From positions 124,001 through 188,000 of the forward strand of contig OZ037770.1 of NCBI GenBank assembly GCA_964035545.1: a DNA stretch of 64,000 nucleotides, given 5' to 3'. The DNA comes from Bugula neritina. Its lineage: Eukaryota; Animalia; Bryozoa. Below the pieces are notes generated by a model, which was given only the letters and a program-made list of their open reading frames with translations, was not told the DNA's origin and ran no database searches. Shown in pieces: positions 12,581 to 23,943 of the stretch (within the stretch, counting starts at the first letter, position 1; each line of letters opens with the position of its first letter). Both the position numbers and the translations under genes were made by a program.

Positions 12581-15500
12581 TATATAACAAAGTGTAGAAG
12601 TCAGGGGGCAGTGAGTACTGACTTCTATACCCTGGAAAGTCTCTCAGCCTTCATCAATGTCAAACCATCTTGCCAACCTCCTGCTAACCCTATTCTGAGG
12701 ATCATTTACCCCTTTCTTGGAATAAAATCAGCTAATAAGGGAAGTGATGTTAATCCAAAGTTTAGTACAGTTTCGTATAGCTTCACCCAATTTGGCAACC
12801 AAAAGCTAGATAATTAAAACAACTCATTATATGATTTCGAAATATTTAGTCATAAGCTGTGAAACATTTTGCGGAAACATCTCAGCATTGCTTTTTGTGG
12901 AAAATTTCCACGTGAGCTAAAAATACCTTTTACCTATGACTTTCCATCATTTACCTAGTAGTTATAGTTAATCATTACCTAGTAGTTATACTTCATCATT
13001 ACCTAGCAGTTATACTTTATCATTACCTAGTAGTTATACTTTATTATTACCTAGTAGTTATACTTTATCATTACCTAGTAGTTATACTTCATCATTACCT
13101 AGTAGTTATACTTTATCAATACCTAGTAGTTATACTTTATCATTACCTAGTAGTTATAGTTTATCATTACCTAGTAGTTATAACATGTTTTACCCTAGTG
13201 TTGTCGAGGTGAGAAACTGTTGGGAGGATTTTACCCACATCCAATATGTTCTTCGAATTGAAAACAAGTTTAACCTCAAATAATTTGTGATGTATAAGCA
13301 GCAGTAAGGGGAAGGTTATTGCTTATAGTAACCTAGCAACAGACGTCACTCCTCTGGAAATACTCACCACCAGGCAGGTTCAGTTGAAGCAGCAACATGT
13401 GTTATTAAGGGCCGACTTATCCAAAATCTTCCAGAGTTGGCAGCAAAAGTAGATTATATTTGCAGGATAACTTTACCTGACAGTATTAGAGAATGGCAAA
13501 TCTTATACAACCAGGTAAAGCTACATGCAAACTTCAGTGAACATCACCTTGAATAGAACTCCCTCCACAACACCTAGCCCATTCCTCCACAACATCCTCC
13601 CCTCCCCCCACAACATCCCACGAGACTGAGAGGGCCACAGCTAAGACTATACCTTTTTAGTCTACTACACGTTTAAAAAAAACAAAACATTTACTGTCTG
13701 CTAATGTTTGATCTAACTTTTTAGCCAATAAAACTCAGTGAGAAATACTGCTTTATAGATCAGCCTACTAAGTAAAGATAATAACTTTTCTAATCAGCAA
13801 AAGCACTGGCATTGGTAAGGAATACTAGTGCAGCGATGCATCTCTACTACTATATAACATTGTGCAAGACTGTGTAATACTGTGTAATACTGTAACATTA
13901 CAAGTACAGTAGTGATTCATTTGAATAACCGGATGAAGACTACATCAGAAAATAGACCCGTTGGAAGCCATCTAATTTCAAAGCTGTAAAGTGATGCTCT
14001 CATAACTATTAGTTTACTACGTGATAGAATATCAAGCGTTAAGAGCAGCAGCAGCCACTCGTATTAATAGATGACCTCAGTGTGACCCCTGCCAGCACTA
14101 CACAACCCTTCAATACGAAGGCAGACTGGAATCACACAGCGTATGCATGTTTAACTATTATAAGCCGAGTTAGTGGTACTGTAATACCTGTCCAAATTGC
14201 CAGGTTGCCAACCCACGCACAAGATCAAGTATAATCCACAAGGTGTAACCGACTTTAATGTAAATGTGAAAATGAGATAGAAGAAAGCCATCACCTTGGT
14301 GCAGTTCCCATAGCTGCACGGGCTGAGAGTGTCAACATAGCTTCCTGTTTTGCCATCCAGTATTGCGTGATGATGCAATCATACGGAGGCACACCCGATG
14401 ATATATCAGTTAATGTCACGCGCCAAAACTTGACGCAAATCATAACACCTGCCGGCAAGAAAATGAGGAACTACCAAACTACACAGCCAACAGCACCCCT
14501 GCTCTGCGGCACCCCTGCTCTGCGGCACCCCTGCTCTGCGGCACCCCTGCTCTGCGGCACCCCTGCTCTGCGGCACCCCTGCTCTGCGGCACCCCTGCTC
14601 TGCGGCACTCAAGATAGCCAAGCAAGACTTTTAATTAGTTTTACAGCTATTCAGCTTTAAAGAGAGATTAACACAGTAATGGGCAGCTGAAGGCTGTTAT
14701 AATTAAGTCTGACCAATAATTTATTTTGGAGGCAGTGTAGGTGGAGAGTGAGAGTAGGTGGAGGGAGTGTAGGTGGAGAGAGAGTGTAGGTGGAGAGGGA
14801 GTAGGTGGAGAGAGAGTGTAGGTGGAGAGGGAGTAGGTGGAGGCAGTGTAGATGGAGAGAGAGTAGGTGGAGGGAGTGTAGGTGGAGAGAGAGAGCAGGT
14901 GGAGAGGGAGTAGGTGGAGGCAGTGTAGATGGAGAGAGAGTAGGTGGAGGGAGAGTAGATGGAGAGAGTGTAGGTGGAGGGAGAGTAGGTAGAGAGAGAG
15001 AGAAGGTGGAAAGAGAGAAGGTGGAGAGAGAGAGTAGGTGGAGAGAGTGTAGATGGAGAGAGAGAGTAGGTGGAGAGAGTGTAGATGGAGAGAGAGAGTA
15101 GGTGGAGAGAGAGAGTAGGTGGAAAGAGAGAAGGTGGAGAGAGAGTGTAGATGAAGAGGGTGTGGGCTGAGTGGGTGTAGAGGTGTGGTCACCAGCATAA
15201 GAGGAGAGGTGTAGAGGTGTGGTCACTAGTATAATAAGGGTGAATAGCATAGACATTGTCAGTTTGTCCTACTTTAACGTTCATTCTATTTGTTCAGGTA
15301 AATGGAGAGCCAAACAAATATCCAAACTTTTTCAATTGTGAAGAGACCACTGCCTGGGGGAATAGTTTAGTATAAAGAGAAGAAGCAACGACTACCTTAA
15401 GCACTACCAAATGAAGAAAGACAGCAGCTGAGGCAGCAATTAAACAGCTAGTCCAGCAGAAATATAACTTCTAAATTATTTTAGGAGTCTTGATAGCTGA

Positions 15501-18500
15501 GAGTGAATAGCTTAGGAAATAGTTAGGAATCAATGGCTGGTTTAAGAGTACTTAATGATAGACCGCATGGAAATACTGGTCAATGATATATGATGCAATA
15601 GCTGAGGGTAACGACTCTGTAGTTATGTAATCAGCCAGACTGGCATTGCATAACTACAAATGATAGATTGTGTCTAATACCTTCAATCTAGAACCCTATT
15701 GATCTATTGAACAGTGGTATCACTATAATAGTATACTGTAATACTACACACTGCAATACTACTAACACTGCAATACTACTAACACTGTAATACTAACACT
15801 GTAATACTACTAACACTGTAATACTAACACTGTAATAGTAACACTGTAATACTGACACTGTAATACTACACACTGTAATACTAATAGTATGAGAGTGCCA
15901 TCAGTACATCAATAACTCTGCTATGTTGAAAAGTTAAACATCACTATGGTTAGAAATGCTACCTGTAGCTAGTGACAAAAGAAGAGCATACTCATACAGT
16001 TACACAGTGTACATAGTGTACATACTCATAGTGTACATACTCATAGTGATAGTGTACATACTCATAGTGTACATAGTGATAGTGTACATACTCATAGTGA
16101 TGGTATACATACTCATAGTGTACATAGTATACATACTTGTAGTGTACATAGTGTACATACTCACAGTGTACATTGTGTACATAGTGATAGTGTACATACT
16201 CATGGCATACATATACACTTACAGTCATAGCTTACATGGTACACAGGCAAAGTAACCTTGACAGCCAAGGCTAAACTAAACATTTACATACTTATTATTA
16301 TTTAGTTATTACTTAATTTAGTAATGCATAATGACTTAGTTTATGGAACAACATCTCATCATGAAAACAGAAAAGCCAAAGGCATGTAATATAATTATTA
16401 TTTTATACCTAGCAATAAAATAATAGATTTAATACTTACAATTATGCAACAACAGTAAATGTGTGCTCTATGAGTATATCTATCAGTTGTTACTATAATG
16501 AGTATCAACTTAAAGTAAAAGATGATTTAAGATCTACATTTTTACTCAATAAATGAGCAAACCTTGAGGAAGAGAAAGCTAGACAAGCTGTGATATTTTA
16601 CCAACAAAAAGTAACCAGTGACTGGACTAGTATTAGTATTAGTACTATAACCTACCAGCAATGGATTAGTAATGAATTTATACACTATCCCTCTGTGAAC
16701 ACCACTTAGAGTTTAATTAAGAAAATCTGAACAACTATTTCTATTATATGTACAAATCAGAACCAAACAAGTTTATTCAAACTTATAGTAATCAATACTG
16801 GAGGTAAAATCACTAACAATACAAGTTTAGTCATAGCACTGGAATGCCTCAAAATACAAGTAAATTGCAACACCTGGACTGTCAATAGGTTACCTGTCCG
16901 CCATTACAGCCATCACAGATGACAATGTAAGGGCATCGGCACACCCCAGCCCTTAACAATCATTGAAATGTTACTCAATTATCCTTACTAAGGTAGAAAA
17001 TTTCAAACAAAGTGAACGTATCACCGGCTAACCTACTTCTATCCTGAATGCGTCGTTGAAGCGCCTCCACAAAGAGCTACCAACATCCTTTCCAATGAAC
17101 TATATCCACTAAGGCGCCAACCAAACTACTAGCTGTAAATAAGCTGTCCAATATACGAATTCTGATTGGACAACAATAGTGAGCTGAGAGCAGAATAATT
17201 GCATCATTCATCAGGTGGAGAAAATACGTAGCTACATATCCTAACTGAAACAAAAAGGAGGGGGCGGCCTAACCCACCCACAACCGACTCACTGGTAGGT
17301 AGGTTTACAGTAACGCCACTATGATTCAGACATGTATGTCATCGTCAGTAAAAACAGTGCAACTTTAAACTGCCGGACTTCGTACCCTTTCATATTCAGC
17401 CAGTTGTGAGTCTCTCTTATACCATGTATTCTATTCCAGGTATCTAGCAGGTTTCAGTTTGGTTAGTGTGTCCCGTAGCAAGCTATAACACTTGACTGCT
17501 GATACAGCAGTCTAGTCAGTAGAAGTGCTGAAATTATCTCTTAGTAACCACACATTGTAGTGGGAGCAGGCATTGTAGTAGGAGCAGGCATTGTAGTAGG
17601 AGCAGCGTAGGTACGATTGCACCCAGCAGCCGCCATTGTTAGCTTAACCTGTTTGTGTAGAGAACAAAGAAGAAGAAAACCACCATATCAGTTAAGCATA
17701 GAGGTGAAGTAGAGTTCACGAGCCTTAACTACATTATAAGAGGAGGCAGCAAACAATGCAATCCAATATTACTGGAATGAAAGGATAAACTTAGCAAATT
17801 ACTTTACTCCAGCATCTCTGCTTTCAATGCTTTTTTCAATTATAATATTTCCATTGTAATAATTGGTCGAGGAAACAGAAAAGAATCTATAAAGAGGTGG
17901 TCAGCCGACCCTGATCTGTTACAGCCAAACCTAATCAGTTTTACAGCCACTAAACAGCTAGTGCTTATAGCTGCTAAATATTTCTTTTACAGCGAATAGC
18001 CATCGTCAGTTTGTTGGTTCTTAGAATCCAGATGATTGAGCAATGTAGACGATACAAGCAAGGGAGGGTCTAGACATGGCAACTCCGCATATTGAATACA
18101 CTGAAAACTCGGGTTACACAACCTACCTGTTGTAAAAAACAAGTCAACACAAAGCCAGATGATTTCTATTGAAGATATGAACATATATATGCACTCATTA
18201 ATCATTAGCCCACGCATTGCACTGCATCAATTAACCTGATTCACTGTTTATGAGGCTTGAAAAGAACTGGGTATTAATCCAGTGATATTGCTAGCCCCAA
18301 TATTAGACTGGGAACTGTTGGTTGCAAAGATGTAGAGGCTATAAAGTGCGGCTAGAACTAATGCTATTTGAAAATATTGCAGCCGTACCTCACACAGCAC
18401 TCTTAGGGGCTGCAATGGAGAAATTTTAATAGCCTAAATCCTTTAACTTTGTTGATAAATTTTGGTTCAGGCAAAGATTCACATTAGTGGGAAAATAACT

Positions 18501-21500
18501 TCTTTTGCTATATTTTTTATCTAGAACACAGGCTTTTCTAAATCTTTCTATTACTGCACCTATCTCACACACCAGGAATAATTTCTGTAATTTATCTTTT
18601 AGCTTTGGAATTTACTAAAATAATTTAACTTAACAGGTAGGAAAACCTAAAAACAAGGACATTGATACCCATTATAGATAGTTGGAGAGGACAGCCCAAG
18701 TGTATATTATAGAAGACTGTTAGTCCAGAGGCTAAGATGTAAATTAGATGGGAGTGGCTGATGCATAGCTGATATTACACTGTGCAGTGATACTGAGTGA
18801 TGCAGCATTTCTTTACTCTACTTGTAGGAACTGATGATGTGAGTGGGCTAATGAATACTGTAGCTATAGAATGGAAGATGGTTCAACTAGTTCAACAGTG
18901 AGTCACAGACTAAATGGAGGCGCTAAGCTGGCTGGCTACTCTCTCTGGTCATTGAAATCCGGCCAAGAGTAAACAAAGCATCTCTATGCTGATAAGCTAT
19001 TATTAGAAACAAAAAAATTGGCGGTAAGCTATGCTTTCATGAGCTGAACAACTCAAGCAATGACCTCAACACTAGTGAAACCGGTGGTTGATTGGTACAT
19101 AACTGGGCTATGATGCAATAGGATGCCACCCAATAGAGATAACTGATAAACATGTGCCCTTACATGAAGGGTATTAATAGCCCACAGAGCTACGGGCTGT
19201 TGGTTATGTGAATACTTGTGGTAAGCACACGTGGTCACATCTCTAGATGGAATTATTCCAGTATGACATCACAACAGACACTAATTTAATTAGATAATTG
19301 TAATGAGTTGGAGCTCAGCTGCATCAACAAAAACGTGCAGTACAACCACCTTTATTCCACATTGAATAACAAGTTCACAGCTAAACAACATCCCATGCTA
19401 TGAAGATGATGACAAACAAAGTCAGACAATGATTTTACATCTGGCACTGTTAGAAGAGAACTAGAGAAACAAACAGAGAAGTAGCATTACAAGCAGCAGT
19501 TTATTTAGTCTATGAATCCCATAATTAGCATGGCATGGCAGAGCATGGCACAGCAGGTTGTTGCTCAACTTCAGAGTATTGCAAAACAAGATGGCTGATG
19601 AGAACTGCTACAACAAGCTTTCGATCTAGAAAATTATAAAAAAAAGGTTGATGGGTTAATGAAACTAAGAAGAGCAAGTGAGTGAACAAAGCTGGCAGCT
19701 GAGTGTCATTTCATTGTTGCTTATCGCTGTAATTGCCAATAGATTGAGGCATATGAACCAGGATGTGTAAGGACTACTAGTGTAATGCTTGTACTAGCTT
19801 AGTGTAATATTATATGAACATATGCAGGTGGCAGCCATGTTTTATACAGGCTGCACGTGTACAGCTATAAAGACCAGCTTGTCTTGACTATATATAACAT
19901 TGCACATGATAATATGGTAGAACAAATGCTTCAGGGTTATTGCACTTTATGGTATATGCTAATATATTATTTCACTTCATGGTATATGCTAATATATTAT
20001 TTCATTATGGAAGCAGCTGCATACAATACAACAAGATAAAGTATTACTCATATACGCTACAAGCCCCACCCATTTACTGGCGCATATCATTGCTCATACA
20101 TTTATAACAAGAAACTTACCTTTCATTTAGTTGAATTAATAACTAATATTTAAAAATCAAGGAACTTGCTAGCAAAAGTAAAGAATTGAAACCATATTTA
20201 GTTTGGTTCATTGCTAGAATTTCAGTAGGTTTTTAGGTTAAATAAACAAAAATTGAATGACACCAAGGCAATGGCCATTATTTTAGTCAGGCTATTACAT
20301 CTACAATAAATTATTTTTCTTAAACTAGCTTAGAGACCAAAAAGCAGAAACTGAAGAGATAAACTTAATATTGGCCAAAATAAAGCCAATTAATCATGGC
20401 TTGACCTAGTTTTTGTAAGTTCTTTATCCTCAAAACACCTTTTTAACATTATAAACAAATAGAACTTCCAGTTGTGTCTCTAATCCACGACCTCTTGAAG
20501 GTCAACCAGACACAAGGTCGTATGAAGAGTGCTAGAGGCTAAACAGGACACTTGAAGCATCTCAACAGATGTGTGCCATTAATTCTATTGGTGAACTTGG
20601 TAACCATACAGCAAGCAAGTATAACAAGAAGATAAGTAAATACCTCGATGGAAAATAATACCATAATAAGCTCAATTTGACATTTTTTTGCTATATAAAT
20701 GCTAAGTTTGTACTAGTACAATGGCCGCAACAATGCGGATACCATTTGATTACCATTCTGACAGCAGTATAATCAGGATAATATAAAATTTGACATTTCA
20801 GGAGAAAACAAGACATTGGAGTTGTATGTTGCTACAGAATTTATTACCTAGATAACATAATATGCTAATCATATACTTTATATGCAACCATAAATATTAT
20901 ACATGCTGAGAAATAAGCAGAAACTTGGGGAGACTTCATTAGGAGAGCAATTCAGAAGAAGAGAAGACAACTTCATAGTATATCACAATATTATAGGGCA
21001 TCACAAGAATAGCAGCTCGTTCTACCATTACATGCTGTTTCCTAAACTTCTTATGACATCACCAGTCATACCTGCACTTGTTGGCACTAGAAATCATAAA
21101 TATTATGGTAATTTTACTTCATTTAGTACAGATTAGGATAAGTTTAGGAACCAAAAAGAAAGATTCAAAATTCTTGAAAATTTGCTATTTGGGATATTTT
21201 TATGTGGTGATTTTAAATATGTATGGCTTATATTTTGACTATATCAGATGAAGACATTGGTGATACAGTTTGTATCTTATTTGAAAGATTAAAAACTGTA
21301 CCAGCATTTGTAGATTATAAAATAAACTTCACAAAACTATATAGAATAGAGTGGTTTTGATTTTTCAATACAACTCACCAATAGTAATGCAAAAATCATC
21401 ACCATATCCTGTGTTTTTTGACTAAAAATTTATGAAAAACAAATGCAAAAATGTAGCAGCTTGATAAAGTCTGATAATCTAGATTGATTTGTTAAAATTT

Positions 21501-22401
21501 CATTAGTTAAAGGCAAAATGATATATATTAGCAGCTAGAGTTCAATAAAGTAGGCAACATTAATAAATTTATTGTGTGCTAAATAAATGAAGCATGTTTT
21601 ATACTACAAAAACTGCATGGCATAATAATAATAATAATAATAAATATATATTATATAACTTAACAATCTAAATTGAATATATTTTTAAACTCCGCAGTAA
21701 TAATTGTAACAAATAAATTTTACTGTGGAAAGAAAATGTTTAGTCTGTAATAAAGGACATAAACCATAAATTATGATTAATTGTAATATAATAAGTTATA
21801 ATTAATTTAAATAGAATAAATTACAATTAATTTTAATAGAATAAATTACAATTTATTAACATATGGAATAAAATACAATTTAATTATCTAATAGCTGTCA
21901 GCTGATTGTATAATTAACAAGTAACCAATCACTTACCCTTCGGAGAACTGTACACTCGGTCATCAGTGACGTGGGTAGACAATTTTCTGCTCAGCTTGTT
22001 AGACTACTCGTCTATAGCTGGTAGACTATGTTGCCTTGTGTGGGGGAGTCACCGATTAATAATACAAACATACAAACCGCGATTTTCTACGACTCTTTGA
22101 ACTCGACAAATATTTATTTTAACACACCGTAGCATTTCTACACGATATTCTAAATGGTAAAAAATATAGCGTCTGTCAACACTATATCAAGACAGGGTGT
22201 TACAATCAAACAACAAGGTGATATAAGGTGAAGTTCTGTGCCAATTATGTAACTGATAACTATAACTATAACTAAAACTTATATTACCTGTCGCCTCTTT
22301 TTGTAGTCCAAAAACGACTGCTGCAGGGAAGTTTGTTGAGGGTTGTTCGCTCTGCTCTCATCAAAAGGCACAACAAAACCAAAATCTCCAGGACTATCCA
22401 T
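8555..22401 (-). CDS. NlpC/P60 (papain-like cysteine peptidase fold) protein with C-terminal TQT repeat array, about 498 aa
   Basis: Exons: 22401-22288 (MDSPGDFGFVVPFDE..SLQQSFLDYKKRRQ, phase 0; least certain), 11302-11152 (..LREKFVGQAKKYFGVPYARRYWSED), 10801-10595 (LFLDCCGLVRKIV..NQAYQYDTLP..LPGDLVFIS), 10447-10258 (HDIVHVEIWLGEGEKTIGARW..IDTWLSGECK), 9487-9345 (SHCDAHPW..), 9246-8555 (DEGWPLP..(ESTVGTQTR)n..IIL*). The pattern G-x-PY, DC-x-GLV, PGDLVF, HV-x-I-x-x-G..I-x-A is the canonical NlpC/P60 signature with catalytic Cys and His. Confidence 0.8.
8567..9205 (-). repeat. 27-bp tandem repeat, 24 units; in the spliced frame encodes (E-S/N-T-V-G-T-Q-T-R)n
   Basis: Minus-strand unit GAGAGTACTGTTGGAACTCAGACTAGA. 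The frame is fixed by the phase-1 splice from 9345 to 9246; stop TGA at 8557-8555 and AATAAA at 8495-8490. Confidence 0.9.
9503..10240. repeat. AT-rich degenerate (TATTACTATATTAT)n intronic repeat
   Basis: Fills intron 10257-9488; source of the Y/I/L-rich ORFs. Confidence 0.95.
10820..11120. repeat. 46-bp intronic tandem repeat, about 6 copies
   Basis: Unit CACGAGTAGTTGTCCTCTCAACATACCGTATAGTAGGACAACTCYCAG-like, with an internal inverted repeat (AGTTGTCC..GGACAACT). Confidence 0.9.
11575..12075. repeat. 26-bp homogeneous minisatellite (TATAATACTTATGAGTATACTTGTAT)n
   Basis: About 19 near-identical copies. Confidence 0.95.
12631..12705 (-). CDS. Alternative 5' coding exon of the NlpC/P60 gene (MILRIGLAGGWQDGLTLMKAERLSR)
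   Basis: Open 75-nt frame ending at an AGG|gtatag donor in phase 0, compatible with the acceptor at 11302; internal AG acceptors at 12694 (phase 2) and 12680 (phase 1). Confidence 0.55.
12945..13182. repeat. 23-bp minisatellite (CATTACCTAGTAGTTATACTTTAT)-like
   Basis: About 10 copies. Confidence 0.9.
13328..13340. promoter_or_regulatory. RFX X-box at an internal promoter of the NlpC/P60 gene
   Basis: GTAACCTAGCAAC, about 90 bp upstream of candidate first exon 13240-13194; adjacent CRE-like GACGTCA. Confidence 0.55.
14494..15160. repeat. 16-bp GC-rich repeat (GCACCCCTGCTCTGCG)x7 and GA-rich (GTAGGTGGAGAGAGA)n tract
   Basis: Two arrays at 14494-14608 and 14727-15160. Confidence 0.9.
17590..19600 (+). 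mobile_element. Highly decayed non-LTR retrotransposon (LINE) reverse-transcriptase remnant
   Basis: Broken motifs resembling F.DLEKAF (about 18515-18540), R.A.V (about 18688) and YADD-like LYADKLLLE (18983-19009), in the expected order, with many stops and frameshifts. A possible APE remnant (LRVLND) at about 15540. Confidence 0.35.
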
Positions 22402-23073
22402 CTCTAGCTTACTCCTACAGCAACAGAAGATATACTTTTTATACTATAATATGCTTTATTTCTATTTTATAGAATAATTTTAGCATTATACTTATATTAA
22501 CTCAATATCAATGTGAATATCAATCCATGTCACTAAAGTTTACAATATAAATATTCATACTGACTTTGAACAAGGAATAAGATAAAAATAGGTAAGCTGA
22601 CATTAAAATTTCTAGTTTTTGATTCCGCAGAATATCATAATTGCACTAATACTAACACCTCATAATTGAGTAACAAATAAAATTGATTAATAAAACACAG
22701 TGGGCATTACCATAAATTATTATAAAATAGAAATAACAAATTTCGTGTTATCAGGTCCGCGGATAATTATAATATAAATATTTGTATTGTAGTAATCAAA
22801 CAGCCTCCGTGATAAGAGGGCTCCCCTTTGTCTTACAAGAGAAATTGGAACCATATTATCACTATGATTATATCACTATTATTATATCATATCCAGAATT
22901 GTTTCATGAGAGAGCCATAACCATAAAGAAAACAATACAACACAAATAATGATCTGACATATATAATATTAAAAAACATAATTACAAAGATATAGTACTA
23001 GTAGTAGTATAGTACTACTCTACAAGTGGTAGCTACAGTCACTAGAAACAGAGTGAATGACTTAGTCACTTAC

Positions 23074-23943
23074 CCTTATCCCGTTATAGTGTTACCAAAT
23101 TTATATAGCCATGGTCATCATCATCATCATGTGCTTGCTATGTAATGACGTTTATGTTCATGTCGAATCACTTTCGGATTTGATTTCAATGAATCCAATT
23201 CGTTAAATAATTCTAATGATAATTTATTAAATTTAATATGAATATGAATATCACATGCTCATGCTGATGCTTAAATCCTAAGGTTTTGGGATTCAATATT
23301 AATAAAACTATAACTATAAGTCTTGCATTTGCAGCTAGAAACTTAGAGTAAAAAAACTAAAAGTGACAGTGCAATAACTAGAATGCTATGAGTATTACAA
23401 CTACTACTACAAGTAGACAAGTAAAATGAGCAACCGAATACAGTTTAAGCAGCTTTTCCGGCTCCTAGTCTGCAAATAATGCATGACAACAGTTTTGACG
23501 CCAGACTATCTGAACGTTTATGACCGCCACAAAAAAGTTAAATTGGTGATGCGACTATCATGATTGCTGGACGACAGAATGCCGTGTGCTAATTGGGTTA
23601 TTTTTTTCAAGATTAAGCAAAATCCTAATAGTAATTTTAAGAATTATTTTTTTAATAAAATAATTGAAAAATAAAAAAAATTATGTTAATTAAATTCAAA
23701 AAACCCGCATTAATTATTTTGCAAACGTAAAGTACAGCTCTGAGAGTAATTGATACAACTTCCGGCTTCTAATCGCTGTCCATATCTCAGCTGCAGAAGA
23801 TCACTATTGTTAACTATCACTTTCACTTTGCGTGGTTATGGTTGAATTTTCAATTTCGCTGACCATTAGCTGAAAGTGTGTTTTTATGGTTGAATACTTT
23901 GGATTAAATCAATCACAAAATGTAGAACAATTAAAAATAGCAG
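23074..23943. promoter_or_regulatory. Probable bidirectional promoter region and 5'UTR exons (NlpC/P60 gene on minus, DENND5 on plus)
   Basis: Strong minus-strand donor (AGG|gtaagt at 23073) and plus-strand donor (CAG|gtaata at 23944) face outward; ETS-like ACTTCCGG at about 23758 and TTTCCGG at about 23455; CpG locally enriched. Confidence 0.45.
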
